A program made the translations under genes and the position numbers. This document shows, in pieces, positions 46,150 to 56,850 of a stretch of 64,000 nucleotides of DNA (its first letter is position 1; each line of letters opens with the position of its first letter). Under the pieces are notes generated by a model that was given only the letters and a program-made list of their open reading frames with translations, made no database searches and was not told the origin of the DNA. This DNA comes from Candidatus Zhuqueibacterota bacterium (GTDB lineage: Bacteria; Zhuqueibacterota; Zhuqueibacteria; Thermofontimicrobiales; Thermofontimicrobiaceae), in assembly GCA_049322915.1 (NCBI GenBank), contig JBMOPW010000001.1, positions 78,193 to 142,192 of the forward strand, read 5' to 3'.

Positions 46150-47517
46150 TTAATTTATACCGTACTGTTTCAATTTTTCTCTGAGCGTCGAGCGAGAGAT
46201 ATTCAATACGCGCGCCGCTTTGGATTTATTGCCATCAAAGCGTTCGAGCACTTCGATAATGTGTTTTCGTTCGATGTCCTGAAGCGAGAGATTGTCATTG
46301 GACTGGGGGCTGGCCGGCACGACTTTTATCTCCTTGGGCTGAGAATTGTATAATTCCCGAGGCAGATGTTCAACGTCAATGATATTGGTGCTGCATAGAA
46401 TGGATGCCCGTTCCATTACGTTCTTGAGCTCGCGCACATTGCCGGGCCATTCATAATTCAACAGCAGGTTCTCCGCTTCCGGGGTAAACCCGGTGATGCG
46501 CTTCGAAAATTCTTCATTATAAAGCTCGACAAACAATTTGGCCATGGGAATGATATCGTCCATTCGCTCGCGGAGCAGGGGCAAGTTAATGACCATGACT
46601 TTCAGGCGATAATACAGATCTTCCCGAAACGATCCGTTGTCCACGCACTCTTTCAAATCCTGATTCGTGGCAGCGATGATGCGGACGTCGATTTTGATAT
46701 CGGAAGTCCCGCCGATTCTGCGAAAGCTCTGCGTTTCGAGCACCCGAAGCAGTTTCGGCTGGAGCGACAGTTTCATGCTGGAGATTTCATCCAAAAAAAG
46801 CGTGCCTCCATGGGCTAATTCAAACACGCCTTTCTTCACATTCTTGGCGTCAGTGAACGCGCCTTTTTCATAGCCGAATAATTCACTCTCCATGAGATTT
46901 TCCGGGATGGCGCTGCAATTGATGGGTATTATCGGCTTCGTGGCTCTGGCGCTCCAGTTGTGGATAGCCTTGGCCACCAATTCCTTACCAGTGCCGCTTT
47001 CGCCCTGAATAAGAACCGATGTCTTGGGAGTCTTTGCCACCATTTTGATCATATCTTTCACAACTTTGATCTTGTTGCTTTTACCGAAAATGGCTGTATC
47101 CGGGTAGCGCTTCCGCTCGGCTAATTTTAATTGAGAAACTTCGCGTTTCAATTCATTGATTTTCAATGTCTTTTGTGTGACCAGCCGAAGCTCGTTGTGA
47201 TCGCAAGGCTTCATGAGATAGTCGTACGCGCCTTTTCTCATGGCATCAACTGCGGAAAGGACTGTGCCATGAGCCGTCATCATAATGATGATCAAATCCG
47301 GATCGATGTCCAGCGCTTGGGTGAGCACTTCCATCCCGTCCATTTTGGGCAAGCGAATATCCAGCAACACAAGATCGAATATTTCTTGTTTCAATAATTC
47401 AAGCGCCGCCTCACCGGAGCTTGCAGTGCTTACTTCGTAGCCTTCCTTTTGAAGACACTTTGAATAACCTAATGTTAAATCTTCCTCATCATCAACTATG
47501 AGAATACGCTCGTTCAT
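46150..47517 (-). CDS. Sigma54-dependent response regulator (AtoC/NtrC family)
   Basis: REC domain, GESGTGKE, ESELFG, GAFTDA, FREDLYYRL, WPGNVREL, HTH. Confidence 0.94.
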   Translation of the reverse strand: MNERILIVDDEEDLTLGYSKCLQKEGYEVSTASSGEAALELLKQEIFDLVLLDIRLPKMDGMEVLTQALDIDPDLIIIMMTAHGTVLSAVDAMRKGAYDYLMKPCDHNELRLVTQKTLKINELKREVSQLKLAERKRYPDTAIFGKSNKIKVVKDMIKMVAKTPKTSVLIQGESGTGKELVAKAIHNWSARATKPIIPINCSAIPENLMESELFGYEKGAFTDAKNVKKGVFELAHGGTLFLDEISSMKLSLQPKLLRVLETQSFRRIGGTSDIKIDVRIIAATNQDLKECVDNGSFREDLYYRLKVMVINLPLLRERMDDIIPMAKLFVELYNEEFSKRITGFTPEAENLLLNYEWPGNVRELKNVMERASILCSTNIIDVEHLPRELYNSQPKEIKVVPASPQSNDNLSLQDIERKHIIEVLERFDGNKSKAARVLNISRSTLREKLKQYGIN

Positions 47518-47523
47518 TAATAC

Positions 47524-49590
47524 CTACTCCTCCGTTGGTAAGAGCAACGTAAACGTTGTCCCTTTTTCCATGATACTGTCAACGCGAATTTCACCTTTAT
47601 GTTCTTCTACTATCCTATAGACAATCGAAAGCCCAAGTCCGGTTCCTTGCGGTTTGAGTGTGAAAAATGGATCAAATATTTTTCCCAAATCGTCAGGTTT
47701 GATCCCGGCCCCGGTGTCGCGAACCGTCACTTCGACGTAACGTGATTCCCTGTTCAAATTAGAGAATCCCTTTTTCCGACGATCTCTCGCGTAAATGATG
47801 GTTTCAACCGTTCGTGCTTTCAGCTCCAATCGGCCACCGTGTGGCATTGCTTCAATTGCATTCAAAAACAGATTGATAAACACCTGTTGAATCTGCTGAT
47901 AATCCACAAACACCTTCATGAGATTCGATTGAAATTCTTTGGTGTAGGTGATTTTATTCTTTTTGATGCGATCGTCCAGCAGAATATTGACTTCCTGAAT
48001 GATGTCCTCCAGTTTTTGGAGCTTGCGAATCGGCTGTCGTGGCCGCGCATAGGAAAAGAGTGTGCGAAGAAGCTCATCAAGACGATCGACTTGCCGGACA
48101 ATTCGCATCAGATATTCCTGGCGCGGGTCGCTTTTTTCAATTTCTTCTTCGAGGGTCTGGGCCATAGTCTTGATGCCGGCAAGGGGATTCCTCACCTCGT
48201 GCGCAATGCCGGATGCCAATACGCCCATGGAGGCCAGGCGATCCATCCGCACAACCTCCATCTGCATTTGCTTGATCTGTGAAATATCCCGGAATGAGAT
48301 GATGGTGCCGACTTTCAGGTTATGATTATCAATGCGCGGTGTGATGGTAAATCCCACAAAGACCTTCGTCTTATCTTTTCGGGTCAATTCAATTTCTCGG
48401 TTGAGCAGCGATTGATCCTGCGAAATACTATCCGGCAACAGTTTCCGGCTCAGTTCCCCCAAAATCTCATCCAGATTTTTTCCCACTATTTCTTCGGCTT
48501 TGTAACCCAGCACCTCCTCAGCGCCGTTGTTGAACGATGTTATTTTGCGTTCCAGGTCAATGGTCAGCAGGCCGGCGCCCATACTCTGGATGATACTCTC
48601 ATTGAAATTCTTCAACTCCGTGATTTCTTGCTCCAGCTCTTTGCGCTGGGTAATATCGCGGGCAATTCCAACCACACCCATCACTTCGCCCTTTTCAAAG
48701 ATGGGGTTGATGTTCATCGACAAAAACAGGGGAATACCGGTCTGGCAAATCAGACGAATTTCGAAAATCCGCGCTTTCCCTTTTAATGTCAGATTGAAGT
48801 TGTTGCGCGCCTCCACGCGATCTTCCGGGGCAACCAGATCGAAAAAGCTGCGGCCAATCCAATCCTCCCTGGCAAATCCGGCAAGCGTAATCAGCCGGCG
48901 ATTGATGAAAATGAAATCACCTTTCAGATTCAATGTGTAAATTAAATCGTTGGCATTCTCAATGAGGTCCTGGTACTTGTATTCGGTGCGCCGAATTTTC
49001 TGTTCCAGCTCTTTATTTTTCTGCCGAACCTGGTGAAGTATGAACACATTGTCGATGACATTCATCAACTCCCGATGCCCGAACGGTTTGACAAGAAACG
49101 AAGACAATCCCATTTCAAACAGCGCTGTGCGATCAATATTGTACTCGGTCTGGGCGGTAATCATGATCACCGGTGTGTCTGAAAGATGCTTGTACCGCTG
49201 ACTGGTGACGAGCCGTTGAAATACTTCTGCCCCGCTCATTGACGGCATCATGTAATCGAGCAAAATCAGATCTGGCTTGTAATTGAGAATGAAGTCCAGG
49301 CCTTCCTGTCCATTGGAAGCGTAAAAGAAATTGTACCCGGCCGAAACGATGATCTTTCTTCCGATTTCCACCATGTCCGGATCGTCATCGACCAGCAAAA
49401 TTGATTTTTTGTTGGTCGCTTTCAAACTGACAGTTGCATGGGTGATAGCCTGGCTGCTTCGGTAAATGTGGTCGCTGATTAAATTTTCCAGGTCCTTGAT
49501 GCTTTTCTTGTCTTTGATGGTAAACAGTTCCTTGGATTTATGCTTGACCGGCAGTAAATCCCCATCATTTGTTTTATCATTGTTCACCAT
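47524..49590 (-). CDS. Cytoplasmic hybrid histidine kinase (REC-PAS-PAS-HisKA-HATPase)
   Basis: LLVDDD..DYMMP..KPF; two PAS domains; AHEVRNPL; NAIEA; DTGAGI; FDPFF; GTGLGL. Confidence 0.93.
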   Translation of the reverse strand: MVNNDKTNDGDLLPVKHKSKELFTIKDKKSIKDLENLISDHIYRSSQAITHATVSLKATNKKSILLVDDDPDMVEIGRKIIVSAGYNFFYASNGQEGLDFILNYKPDLILLDYMMPSMSGAEVFQRLVTSQRYKHLSDTPVIMITAQTEYNIDRTALFEMGLSSFLVKPFGHRELMNVIDNVFILHQVRQKNKELEQKIRRTEYKYQDLIENANDLIYTLNLKGDFIFINRRLITLAGFAREDWIGRSFFDLVAPEDRVEARNNFNLTLKGKARIFEIRLICQTGIPLFLSMNINPIFEKGEVMGVVGIARDITQRKELEQEITELKNFNESIIQSMGAGLLTIDLERKITSFNNGAEEVLGYKAEEIVGKNLDEILGELSRKLLPDSISQDQSLLNREIELTRKDKTKVFVGFTITPRIDNHNLKVGTIISFRDISQIKQMQMEVVRMDRLASMGVLASGIAHEVRNPLAGIKTMAQTLEEEIEKSDPRQEYLMRIVRQVDRLDELLRTLFSYARPRQPIRKLQKLEDIIQEVNILLDDRIKKNKITYTKEFQSNLMKVFVDYQQIQQVFINLFLNAIEAMPHGGRLELKARTVETIIYARDRRKKGFSNLNRESRYVEVTVRDTGAGIKPDDLGKIFDPFFTLKPQGTGLGLSIVYRIVEEHKGEIRVDSIMEKGTTFTLLLPTEE

Positions 49591-49814
49591 GACATTATAC
49601 TCTAACTTAGGACAAAAAAGTTATCGCGCGTTTTTTCACACGCATTGTTTGATTCCTCAACAATGAATGAAGTGCGCTACCATTCAACCATCAGCCATCC
49701 TGGGGATGGCCTTATATTTAGCTTTTTCCACTAAGGAACCGCGCAGGCAATTCCTGTGTATAGTAAGTCCGATTCAGTTTAATTCTGCGAAGCCAGTGAA
49801 AGCGGGCATTTGCC

Positions 49815-51317
49815 TCATTCGATGATGTCCACTTCCTCAAAAGATTTCGAATATTCATTTTGAATTTCCCGTTCGCTTGGCTTGGGAATCGAAAAGGAAA
49901 ATCTTGAGCCTTTATTCAACTCGCTCTCCACCCAGATGGCGCCATCATGCAACTCAACGATTTCTTTGACCAGGGATAATCCCAATCCCGAGCCGGTGAC
50001 ATCCTGGATGTTTTCGTTGTCCGTAACGCGGTAAAATTTATTAAAAATTTTATCGATCGATTTTTGTCCGATTCCATACCCCTGATCGATGACGCTCACC
50101 ACCTGCTCCCGGGCGTTATCTTCCACAGATATTATAATTTTCTTCCCATCAGGACTGTATTTGACGGCGTTGGAGAAAAGGTTTAGTACCACCTCGCCCA
50201 TCATTTCCTGGTCGACCCACACTGTCGACAGATCCTCCGGAATTTCGATTTGCAGATCCATCCCTTTCTGCTCCGCCAGGTACATGTTCATTTCGAGGAT
50301 GTTCTCAATGACATGCTTCATATTCACATAGGTTTTATTGACCTGGCTTTTGCCTGATTCGATCCGTGAAATGTCTAAAAATTTATTGATGAGATCGCCC
50401 AAACGATTGGATTCTTTGAGAATGATTTCGGCATACTCTTTGGACTGGTCCTGGGATACGCCCGAATCCAACAGCAGTTCACTGAACCCGGCTATGGACG
50501 TGAGAGGCGAGCGCAATTCATGGGCGACCATAGAGACCAGATCCGTTTTCATTTTGTCAATTTCTTTTTCCTTGGTAACGTCTCTGAATACGGTCACAAT
50601 GCCGATCAACTCATGCTTGGTGTTGATGACCTGAGCTGCCTTTGCCTGAAGCACGATCGATTTTTTTCTGTCCGCCGGCTTAATTTCAATTTCGACTGAT
50701 GCATTCTCCTGGTCGTTTCCGTTGATCACATCATTTATCAGCGAGAGCAATTTCTGTTCATAAATCAGTTTCTCGATAGGCTGATCGATCACTTCCATTT
50801 CGGTCAGGCCAAACCAGGATTCTGCAATGGAGTTCAACACGAGGATTTTGTGGTTCGGATCAGTGACAATGACGCCGTCGGCAATGTTCTTTAATATAGT
50901 TTCCGTTTTATTTTTCTCGGTGATAATTTTATTGAGATTCATCTCGTTCAACCGACGCAGTTCCGTCGTCATGAAATTGAAAATCCTGGCCAGTCTTCCT
51001 AATTCATCATCGGAACTGCTTTTCACTTTATGCGTAAAATTGCCCCGCGCAATTTCTGTGGCGCTGCGGGTGAATTGGCGGATTGGCTCGTTGATTCGCT
51101 TGGAAAATGAAAGCGCACTCAGCGCCGCCAGAATGATAGTGAGTAAAATGAGAGAAGCGCAAAACAGAACGGTTGAATTCTGTTGAATCAGCGCGGCGTG
51201 AGCGCTTGTCTTCAGAAAGAAGACTAAACAGATTATCAGGGGGAAAAGCGAAATACCCAATAAGACAAAAAATAATTTTCTGGATAAAGATTGTTTCTCT
51301 AAAATTTTGAGTGGCAT
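49815..51317 (-). CDS. Membrane histidine kinase (2TM-HAMP-PAS-HisKA-HATPase)
   Basis: DELGRLARIFNFM; PAS; AHELRSPLT; NAVKYS; DQGYGI; GSGLGL. Confidence 0.93.
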   Translation of the reverse strand: MPLKILEKQSLSRKLFFVLLGISLFPLIICLVFFLKTSAHAALIQQNSTVLFCASLILLTIILAALSALSFSKRINEPIRQFTRSATEIARGNFTHKVKSSSDDELGRLARIFNFMTTELRRLNEMNLNKIITEKNKTETILKNIADGVIVTDPNHKILVLNSIAESWFGLTEMEVIDQPIEKLIYEQKLLSLINDVINGNDQENASVEIEIKPADRKKSIVLQAKAAQVINTKHELIGIVTVFRDVTKEKEIDKMKTDLVSMVAHELRSPLTSIAGFSELLLDSGVSQDQSKEYAEIILKESNRLGDLINKFLDISRIESGKSQVNKTYVNMKHVIENILEMNMYLAEQKGMDLQIEIPEDLSTVWVDQEMMGEVVLNLFSNAVKYSPDGKKIIISVEDNAREQVVSVIDQGYGIGQKSIDKIFNKFYRVTDNENIQDVTGSGLGLSLVKEIVELHDGAIWVESELNKGSRFSFSIPKPSEREIQNEYSKSFEEVDIIE

Positions 51318-51342
51318 GGCATGATTCCTTGTCAGCAGAAAA

Positions 51343-52293
51343 TTATTCTAATACAACCTGGTTGCGCCCATTTTTCTTCGCTCGATAAAGCCGTTTATCC
51401 GCCACGGTCACCAGAGTGTCCGGCATGGTTGCGTCTTCGGGAAACGTCGCAACGCCCATGCTGATGGTTAATTTCCCGTTGGGTTGGGTGTCTTCAAAGT
51501 TAAATCTATGCTGTCCAATTAGATTTCTAATTTTATCAGCGACAATTCCGGCGGCGTCCTTTCGGGTTTCGACGAGAATTAATGCAAATTCTTCGCCGCC
51601 GTATCGAGCAGCCACATCAATTTTCCGAATATTGCTATGCAACAGGGACGCGATTTTCTTCAACACCAGGTCCCCGGCCGGATGGCCATGTGTATCATTA
51701 TAATTCTTGAAATAATCGATATCGATCATAGCAATGGAGACATCGATGTTATGCCTTTTGGCCCGGGTGATTTCGTGGAATAGCTGTTCTTTGAAATAGC
51801 GGTAATTGTACAGCCCGGTCAGCCCATCTGTGATGGCCAATTGCCTGAGTTTTTCCTGGGCAAGTTCCAATTCTTTTATTTTTAATTCCAGTTCATCGTG
51901 CAGGTGCTTGATACGAAGCAGCGATTTGACCCGCGCCAATAGCTCCAGTTTATTGAAAGGCTTGCACAGGAAATCATCCGCTCCGGATTCAATGCCTTTC
52001 AGCTTGTCCTCCAGTTCATTCAGGGCTGTCACCATGATGACCGGAATAAACCTGGTTTTGTCGCTATTTTTCATGCGGCGGCAAACCTGATAGCCGTTCA
52101 TTTTCGGCATCATAATGTCGAGCAGAATTAGATCTGGAGATTCCTCTTCTACTCGTTGTAAAGCTTCAACTCCATCTTGCGCTAAAATAACTTTGTAACC
52201 TGCTGCCTCGAGATATGTTTTCTGTAATTTCCTATTCAGAGGTATATCATCGACAACCAACACAGTTGAGCGCTCAGGACTCTTGTTAATCAT
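51343..52293 (-). CDS. REC-GGDEF diguanylate cyclase (PleD/WspR-like)
   Basis: REC domain; DGLTGLYN; DIDYFK.YND..GH..GD; I-site RKID; RYGGEEF. Confidence 0.94.
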   Translation of the reverse strand: MINKSPERSTVLVVDDIPLNRKLQKTYLEAAGYKVILAQDGVEALQRVEEESPDLILLDIMMPKMNGYQVCRRMKNSDKTRFIPVIMVTALNELEDKLKGIESGADDFLCKPFNKLELLARVKSLLRIKHLHDELELKIKELELAQEKLRQLAITDGLTGLYNYRYFKEQLFHEITRAKRHNIDVSIAMIDIDYFKNYNDTHGHPAGDLVLKKIASLLHSNIRKIDVAARYGGEEFALILVETRKDAAGIVADKIRNLIGQHRFNFEDTQPNGKLTISMGVATFPEDATMPDTLVTVADKRLYRAKKNGRNQVVLE

Positions 52294-52384
52294 ACGGTTC
52301 AGATCTCCTGGTCGTTGTCAGTCAAAGATGACTATCATTTATAATATTGTATCAGAGTCGTTGAACAATATTATATCCAGTCCG

Positions 52385-53836
52385 CTAACTATGATCAAAA
52401 TTGTAACGGATGTTCGGCTGTTTTACAGCTTTTGCCTCATCCAGGCGGGAAACAGGTGTGGAATGAGGTGCGGTCATTATTATGTCAGGATTTTCCTCCA
52501 CTTCATTGGCAATTTGAATCAAACAGTCAGCGAACCTATCCAGTGTTTCGCGGGACTCGGTTTCCGTTGGCTCAATCATCATCGCTTCGCGAACAATAAG
52601 AGGAAAATAGATTGTCGGTGCATGAAAACCAAAATCCAATAGTCGCTTGGCCATATCCAGTGTGGAGATACCTTTTTCTTTTTGCTCGATGCCCGATAAA
52701 ACAAACTCGTGCATGGCCGGCCCTGAATATGGAAGCTGGAAATGATTTTCTAAACGTTTCATTAAATAATTGGCATTGATAATTGCGTTTTCACTTAATC
52801 GTTTTAAACCCCGACCACCCAACATCCTGATATATGCGTACGCACGTATCATGACACCAAAATTTCCATAAAAAGCATGGACCTTCCCAATTGACTTTGG
52901 TAAATTTTCATTAAAACTATAGTAATCATCTTTTTTAGTAATGCGCGGAATCGGTAAGAAGTCGACTAATTTTTTGGAAACCCCGACCGGACCGGAGCCT
53001 GGTCCTCCACCGCCATGAGGGCTGGAAAATGTTTTGTGCAAATTGAAATGCAGTACATCCACTCCCACATCGCCCGGTCGTATGATTCCCAACAATGCGT
53101 TCAAATTAGCGCCGTCCATGTAAAGCAAAGCGCCGGCATCGTGAATCATTTTATCGATCTGTTTCAACTGAGTTTCAAAAAGTCCAAGCGTGTTGGGATT
53201 GGTCAGCATGAGCGCTGCTGTGTGTTCGTCGACCTTGCTGGCGAGGTCATTTAGATCCACCAGGCCTTTTTCATTCGAATGGACTTTGATGGCGTTGTAC
53301 CCTGAGATTGTGACGCTGGCTGGGTTAGTGCCATGGGCCGAGTCGGGAATGAGCACGTTCTTGCGCGGATTCCCAAGGTTTTCGTGATAGGCTCTGATGA
53401 GCATTAATCCCACCAACTCGCCATGGGCGCCGGCAGCGGGTTGCAGCGTGACCTGTTTCAGCCCTGAAATTTCGCATAAAAATTGCTCTAATTCATACAT
53501 GAGCGCCATGGCGCCCTGTGTCAGTCGGGCGGTTTGCATGGGATGCACATTTTTCAAACAGGAGCTATTAGCGATATTTTCATTGATCTTGGGATTGTAT
53601 TTCATGGTGCAGGAACCGAGCGGATAAAACCCTTTATCCACATGATGGTTGAGCGTGGAAAGGGCGACAAAATGCCGTATCACGTCATTTTCGCTGACCT
53701 GGGGGAGGCGGGCTGCCGTACTTCTCAAATATTTTTCTGGAATTAATTCATTGGCTTTTTTTGCCGGAACCTGCAAACGAGGGAGAGAATAACCTTTTCT
53801 ATTTTCGATACTTTTAGAAAACAACGAGCTTGCCAT
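52385..53836 (-). CDS. gcvPB: Glycine dehydrogenase (decarboxylating) subunit 2
   Basis: [53 protein letters not shown]. Confidence 0.96.
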   Translation of the reverse strand: MASSLFSKSIENRKGYSLPRLQVPAKKANELIPEKYLRSTAARLPQVSENDVIRHFVALSTLNHHVDKGFYPLGSCTMKYNPKINENIANSSCLKNVHPMQTARLTQGAMALMYELEQFLCEISGLKQVTLQPAAGAHGELVGLMLIRAYHENLGNPRKNVLIPDSAHGTNPASVTISGYNAIKVHSNEKGLVDLNDLASKVDEHTAALMLTNPNTLGLFETQLKQIDKMIHDAGALLYMDGANLNALLGIIRPGDVGVDVLHFNLHKTFSSPHGGGGPGSGPVGVSKKLVDFLPIPRITKKDDYYSFNENLPKSIGKVHAFYGNFGVMIRAYAYIRMLGGRGLKRLSENAIINANYLMKRLENHFQLPYSGPAMHEFVLSGIEQKEKGISTLDMAKRLLDFGFHAPTIYFPLIVREAMMIEPTETESRETLDRFADCLIQIANEVEENPDIIMTAPHSTPVSRLDEAKAVKQPNIRYNFDHS

Positions 53837-54530
53837 GCGATCACTCCTAAATATAATCGTTGAGATTGCTCACACATTTTTCAAATAATTTTTTCGTGTT
53901 GTTTACTAATAAATCATATCTTAAGTCATTTTTTAAAAATACGATATAATTTATAAATTGTCAAGCATTTTTTATAAAAACATTATTAAAGTAAAGTAAC
54001 ATAAATTGGTGCGTATTGAACGCTCGAACAATATGATGAGTTCAATCGACCTCAAACTTAAACAAGGAATGATCTCCGGTCGACCAAGTCGATGAACTTC
54101 CCTGCATGAGTTTTGGGATAACGCATGAAACGCATTTGAAAATTTTTTTGAACAAGATCCATTTGAATAATTTGTCCGGGTATATTGCAGATGATGCCAT
54201 CCTGTTCGCCGGCTTCGTCCGCGATAATGCGGCCAAGTTACGGATTCGGCGAAGCGCATTGGTGAGTAGCATGACATGTTCAAGTCAATTTATCAAATGT
54301 CAATAAGTTGAATCATAGCGTTCTGCGTAAATTCTGTCGATTCAAGGGTGGCAGAATTTATTGTATTTTTAACTTGCATTCTAATGAAAAACGCTCTATA
54401 TTTATCCCGCTATTCAAAACAGGGATATCTTAAATGGCAGGTTGATAAAGCAGCTTTTTCAATTTCTTTCGGTTACTTCGAGTTTTAGATCGGCAGCGAG
54501 ATGAACAACACACGTAGGAGGAACCTGATT

Positions 54531-54869
54531 ATGAGCATTGAAAATTACAGTGGATTACATTCGGTGGCCGTCGATAATGAAACAAACACCTCGCATCACG
54601 TGTCGGATGCAGATATGATTTCCCTGGAATCGGTCGTTTCAATTCTGGTCAAAAAAGGAATTTGCACTCGTGAAGAACTGTTAGCGCTTGAAGAAGAAAT
54701 TCGTCACGAGCGGATTGAACAGCCGCAGCTGAAGTACATGAATATTCAAAATGTGTATGACCGGGGACGCTTTCCCGGGCTGAAGCGATCGATGAGCAAA
54801 TACCGTTGGTCGCGCCGACTGGGCACCCTTTTGTTCGGTTGGAAATGGAAAAAAGTGAAGAAAAATTAG
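54531..54869 (+). CDS. Small hypothetical protein with a basic, Trp-rich C-terminus
   Basis: Strong RBS AGGAGG; ILVKKGICTREEL motif; followed by a terminator. Confidence 0.7.
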   Translation: MSIENYSGLHSVAVDNETNTSHHVSDADMISLESVVSILVKKGICTREELLALEEEIRHERIEQPQLKYMNIQNVYDRGRFPGLKRSMSKYRWSRRLGTLLFGWKWKKVKKN

Positions 54870-54910
54870 GCGCTCAGGTCCATGCAATGTCTGTCTTTAA
54901 CATAGATCGC

Positions 54911-54952
54911 AAAGGTTTCTGCTTGCACGATTGGGGAGCAGGAGCCTTTTTT
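54911..54952 (+). terminator. Intrinsic terminator
   Basis: aaaggtttctgctt...gagcaggagccttt followed by a T-run. Confidence 0.6.
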
Positions 54953-55033
54953 GTTTCATTGGGCGGAACTTAACTGTCGGGAATTTCGTGAAAAAGGCAA
55001 TTTATTATTAGCCACCAATTCGAGAACAGGATT

Positions 55034-55801
55034 ATGAAAATATTTAAAATCTCCTCATTAGCGCTCGTTGTTTTTTGGACTTTGGCCGGACTTGTCACTG
55101 CACAAGAACTGCCGAAACCAGTGGGGTTTGTAAACGATTTTGCCAATGTTATTCCCCAATCGGCGCAGCAGGACATGACTTCCATTTGCCAGGAACTGAA
55201 GCAGAAGACAGGGGCTGAAATTGCAGTCGTCACCATGACGTCCATTAGAGATGAGGACTATCGCGATTATGCCAATCGTCTGTTCTCCGAATGGAAAATC
55301 GGCGAACGGGGCAAGGATAATGGCGTGCTTGTTTTCAATGCGGTGAATGAGCGGAAGATCTGGATCGAAGTAGGATACGGCCTTGAGGAAGCGCTGCCCG
55401 ATGGACTTGCTGGTGAAATTCGGGATCGCTATTTTATCCCCCATCTGAAAAAAGGCGATTATGGCAGCGCTCATTTGACCGGGACGACGGCGATAGCCTC
55501 CGTGATTGCGAAGTATTACGGCGTCAGTCTTAATGGTGAAATGAATGTCCCTGATTCTGGAGGCGCCTCCGGCAAACGCGTTTCCAAGTTTCCGAAATTG
55601 TTTGGGCTGTTATTTTTCATTTTTCTGATCATCGTGACGCGCGGACGAATAATCCCCTGGTTGCTGTTAGGTTCTATGATGGGCGGTGGAAGCCGACGTT
55701 CCGGACACTGGGGAGGATCCAGCGGCGGTGGTTTTGGCGGAGGGTTCGGTGGCTTCGGCGGTGGAATGAGCGGCGGCGGCGGCGCTGGCGGAAGTTATTG
55801 A
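55034..55801 (+). CDS. TPM domain (YgcG-like) membrane protein with Gly-rich tail
   Basis: VNDFANVI, WKIG..GKDNGVL, IEVGYGLE..LPD; transmembrane helix; GGFGGFGGG.SGGGGAG. Confidence 0.92.
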   Translation: MKIFKISSLALVVFWTLAGLVTAQELPKPVGFVNDFANVIPQSAQQDMTSICQELKQKTGAEIAVVTMTSIRDEDYRDYANRLFSEWKIGERGKDNGVLVFNAVNERKIWIEVGYGLEEALPDGLAGEIRDRYFIPHLKKGDYGSAHLTGTTAIASVIAKYYGVSLNGEMNVPDSGGASGKRVSKFPKLFGLLFFIFLIIVTRGRIIPWLLLGSMMGGGSRRSGHWGGSSGGGFGGGFGGFGGGMSGGGGAGGSY

Positions 55802-55963
55802 AAAAAAGGTTGCGCCGATCAAAGATACTGTGAAAGCAATGCATTCGTCTGTGTATAGCCGGGCCTGAGCCCATCGTATCGTCGGCTAATATGTGCGACA
55901 TCGGGTTATGGCCTGGTTTTTCGATTACGTAAATTGGTTGAATTAAAATTCAGGAGTACATAC

Positions 55964-56689
55964 ATGGCAAAAATTCCAAAACGCCCTGAAGACATATTTC
56001 AGGAATTCTCAAATGATGTCCGTGATGTATTTGGAGGCGATGTGGAGTCGATCATCCTGTACGGCAGCGCCGCCCGCGGTGAATATGTCTATCGGCGATC
56101 CGATATCAATTTTCTCGTGGTGTTGACTGAATCGGGGATGACTCAATTGAACAAAGCCCATGCCCTGGTTCACCGCTGGGCAAAACGCAAGGTGAGCACA
56201 CCGCTGATTCTCACAAGGCGCTACATCGAATCAGCGCTGGACAGCTACCCCATTGAATTATTAACGATGAAACAATATCATCGGCTGGTTTTTGGGAGAG
56301 ACGTCCTGAACGAGATCGAGGTGGCGGCTGAGCATCTTCGGTTGCAATGCGAACGAGAGATGAGAGGAAAGCTGCTCCACATGCGCGAGCAATATCTGGA
56401 GACAAACGGAAAGCCCGTACCTATCAAAAACCTGATTCGGATAACCGTGCCGGCGTTCGTTTCCATCTTTTCAGCGCTGCTCTTCCTGAAAGGCCAGGAT
56501 AACACCGGCTCGAAACAACAAATTTTTGACAAGACAGCCGAATTGTTTGAGCTTGACAAAAACGTGTTCGACAATGTGTTATTGGTCTGGGGCAATTCCA
56601 AAAAAATGAAGCACGATGAGTTGAATTCGCTGATGCAACAATACGTCGAACAGATTCGTAAGTTGACCAACATCGTCGACACGCTGTAG
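55964..56689 (+). CDS. Nucleotidyltransferase-fold protein
   Basis: IILYGSAARGEY....SDINFLVVL; DSYPIE; LRLQCERE. Confidence 0.85.
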   Translation: MAKIPKRPEDIFQEFSNDVRDVFGGDVESIILYGSAARGEYVYRRSDINFLVVLTESGMTQLNKAHALVHRWAKRKVSTPLILTRRYIESALDSYPIELLTMKQYHRLVFGRDVLNEIEVAAEHLRLQCEREMRGKLLHMREQYLETNGKPVPIKNLIRITVPAFVSIFSALLFLKGQDNTGSKQQIFDKTAELFELDKNVFDNVLLVWGNSKKMKHDELNSLMQQYVEQIRKLTNIVDTL

Positions 56690-56850
56690 GTGAATAAGAA
56701 CGGATCGAATCGGGGTCTCCCTGGAGAGCGTAATTTCATCCGTCAAATTTTTAAGAAGTCTGAGTCATTGTTAACACGATAATTTTAATCATGCCGAGGG
56801 TGGATGCTCTCTGGCACAATTACAACATGTCTGCTATAGGAGGAACACAA

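Noticed and set aside
49600..49814. c-di-GMP riboswitch between the two kinases (minus strand begins GGCAAA; hairpins present)
   Set aside because: The remaining GEMM consensus (GAAA-capped P2, GACGCAAAGC) is absent. Only isolated hairpins remain.
53972..54306. Short ORFs between gcvPB and the small hypothetical gene
   Set aside because: Three overlapping ORFs on both strands with no family resemblance or RBS. None can be supported.
55680..55795. GGC/GGT-rich tandem repeat
   Set aside because: It simply encodes the Gly-rich tail typical of TPM-domain proteins.
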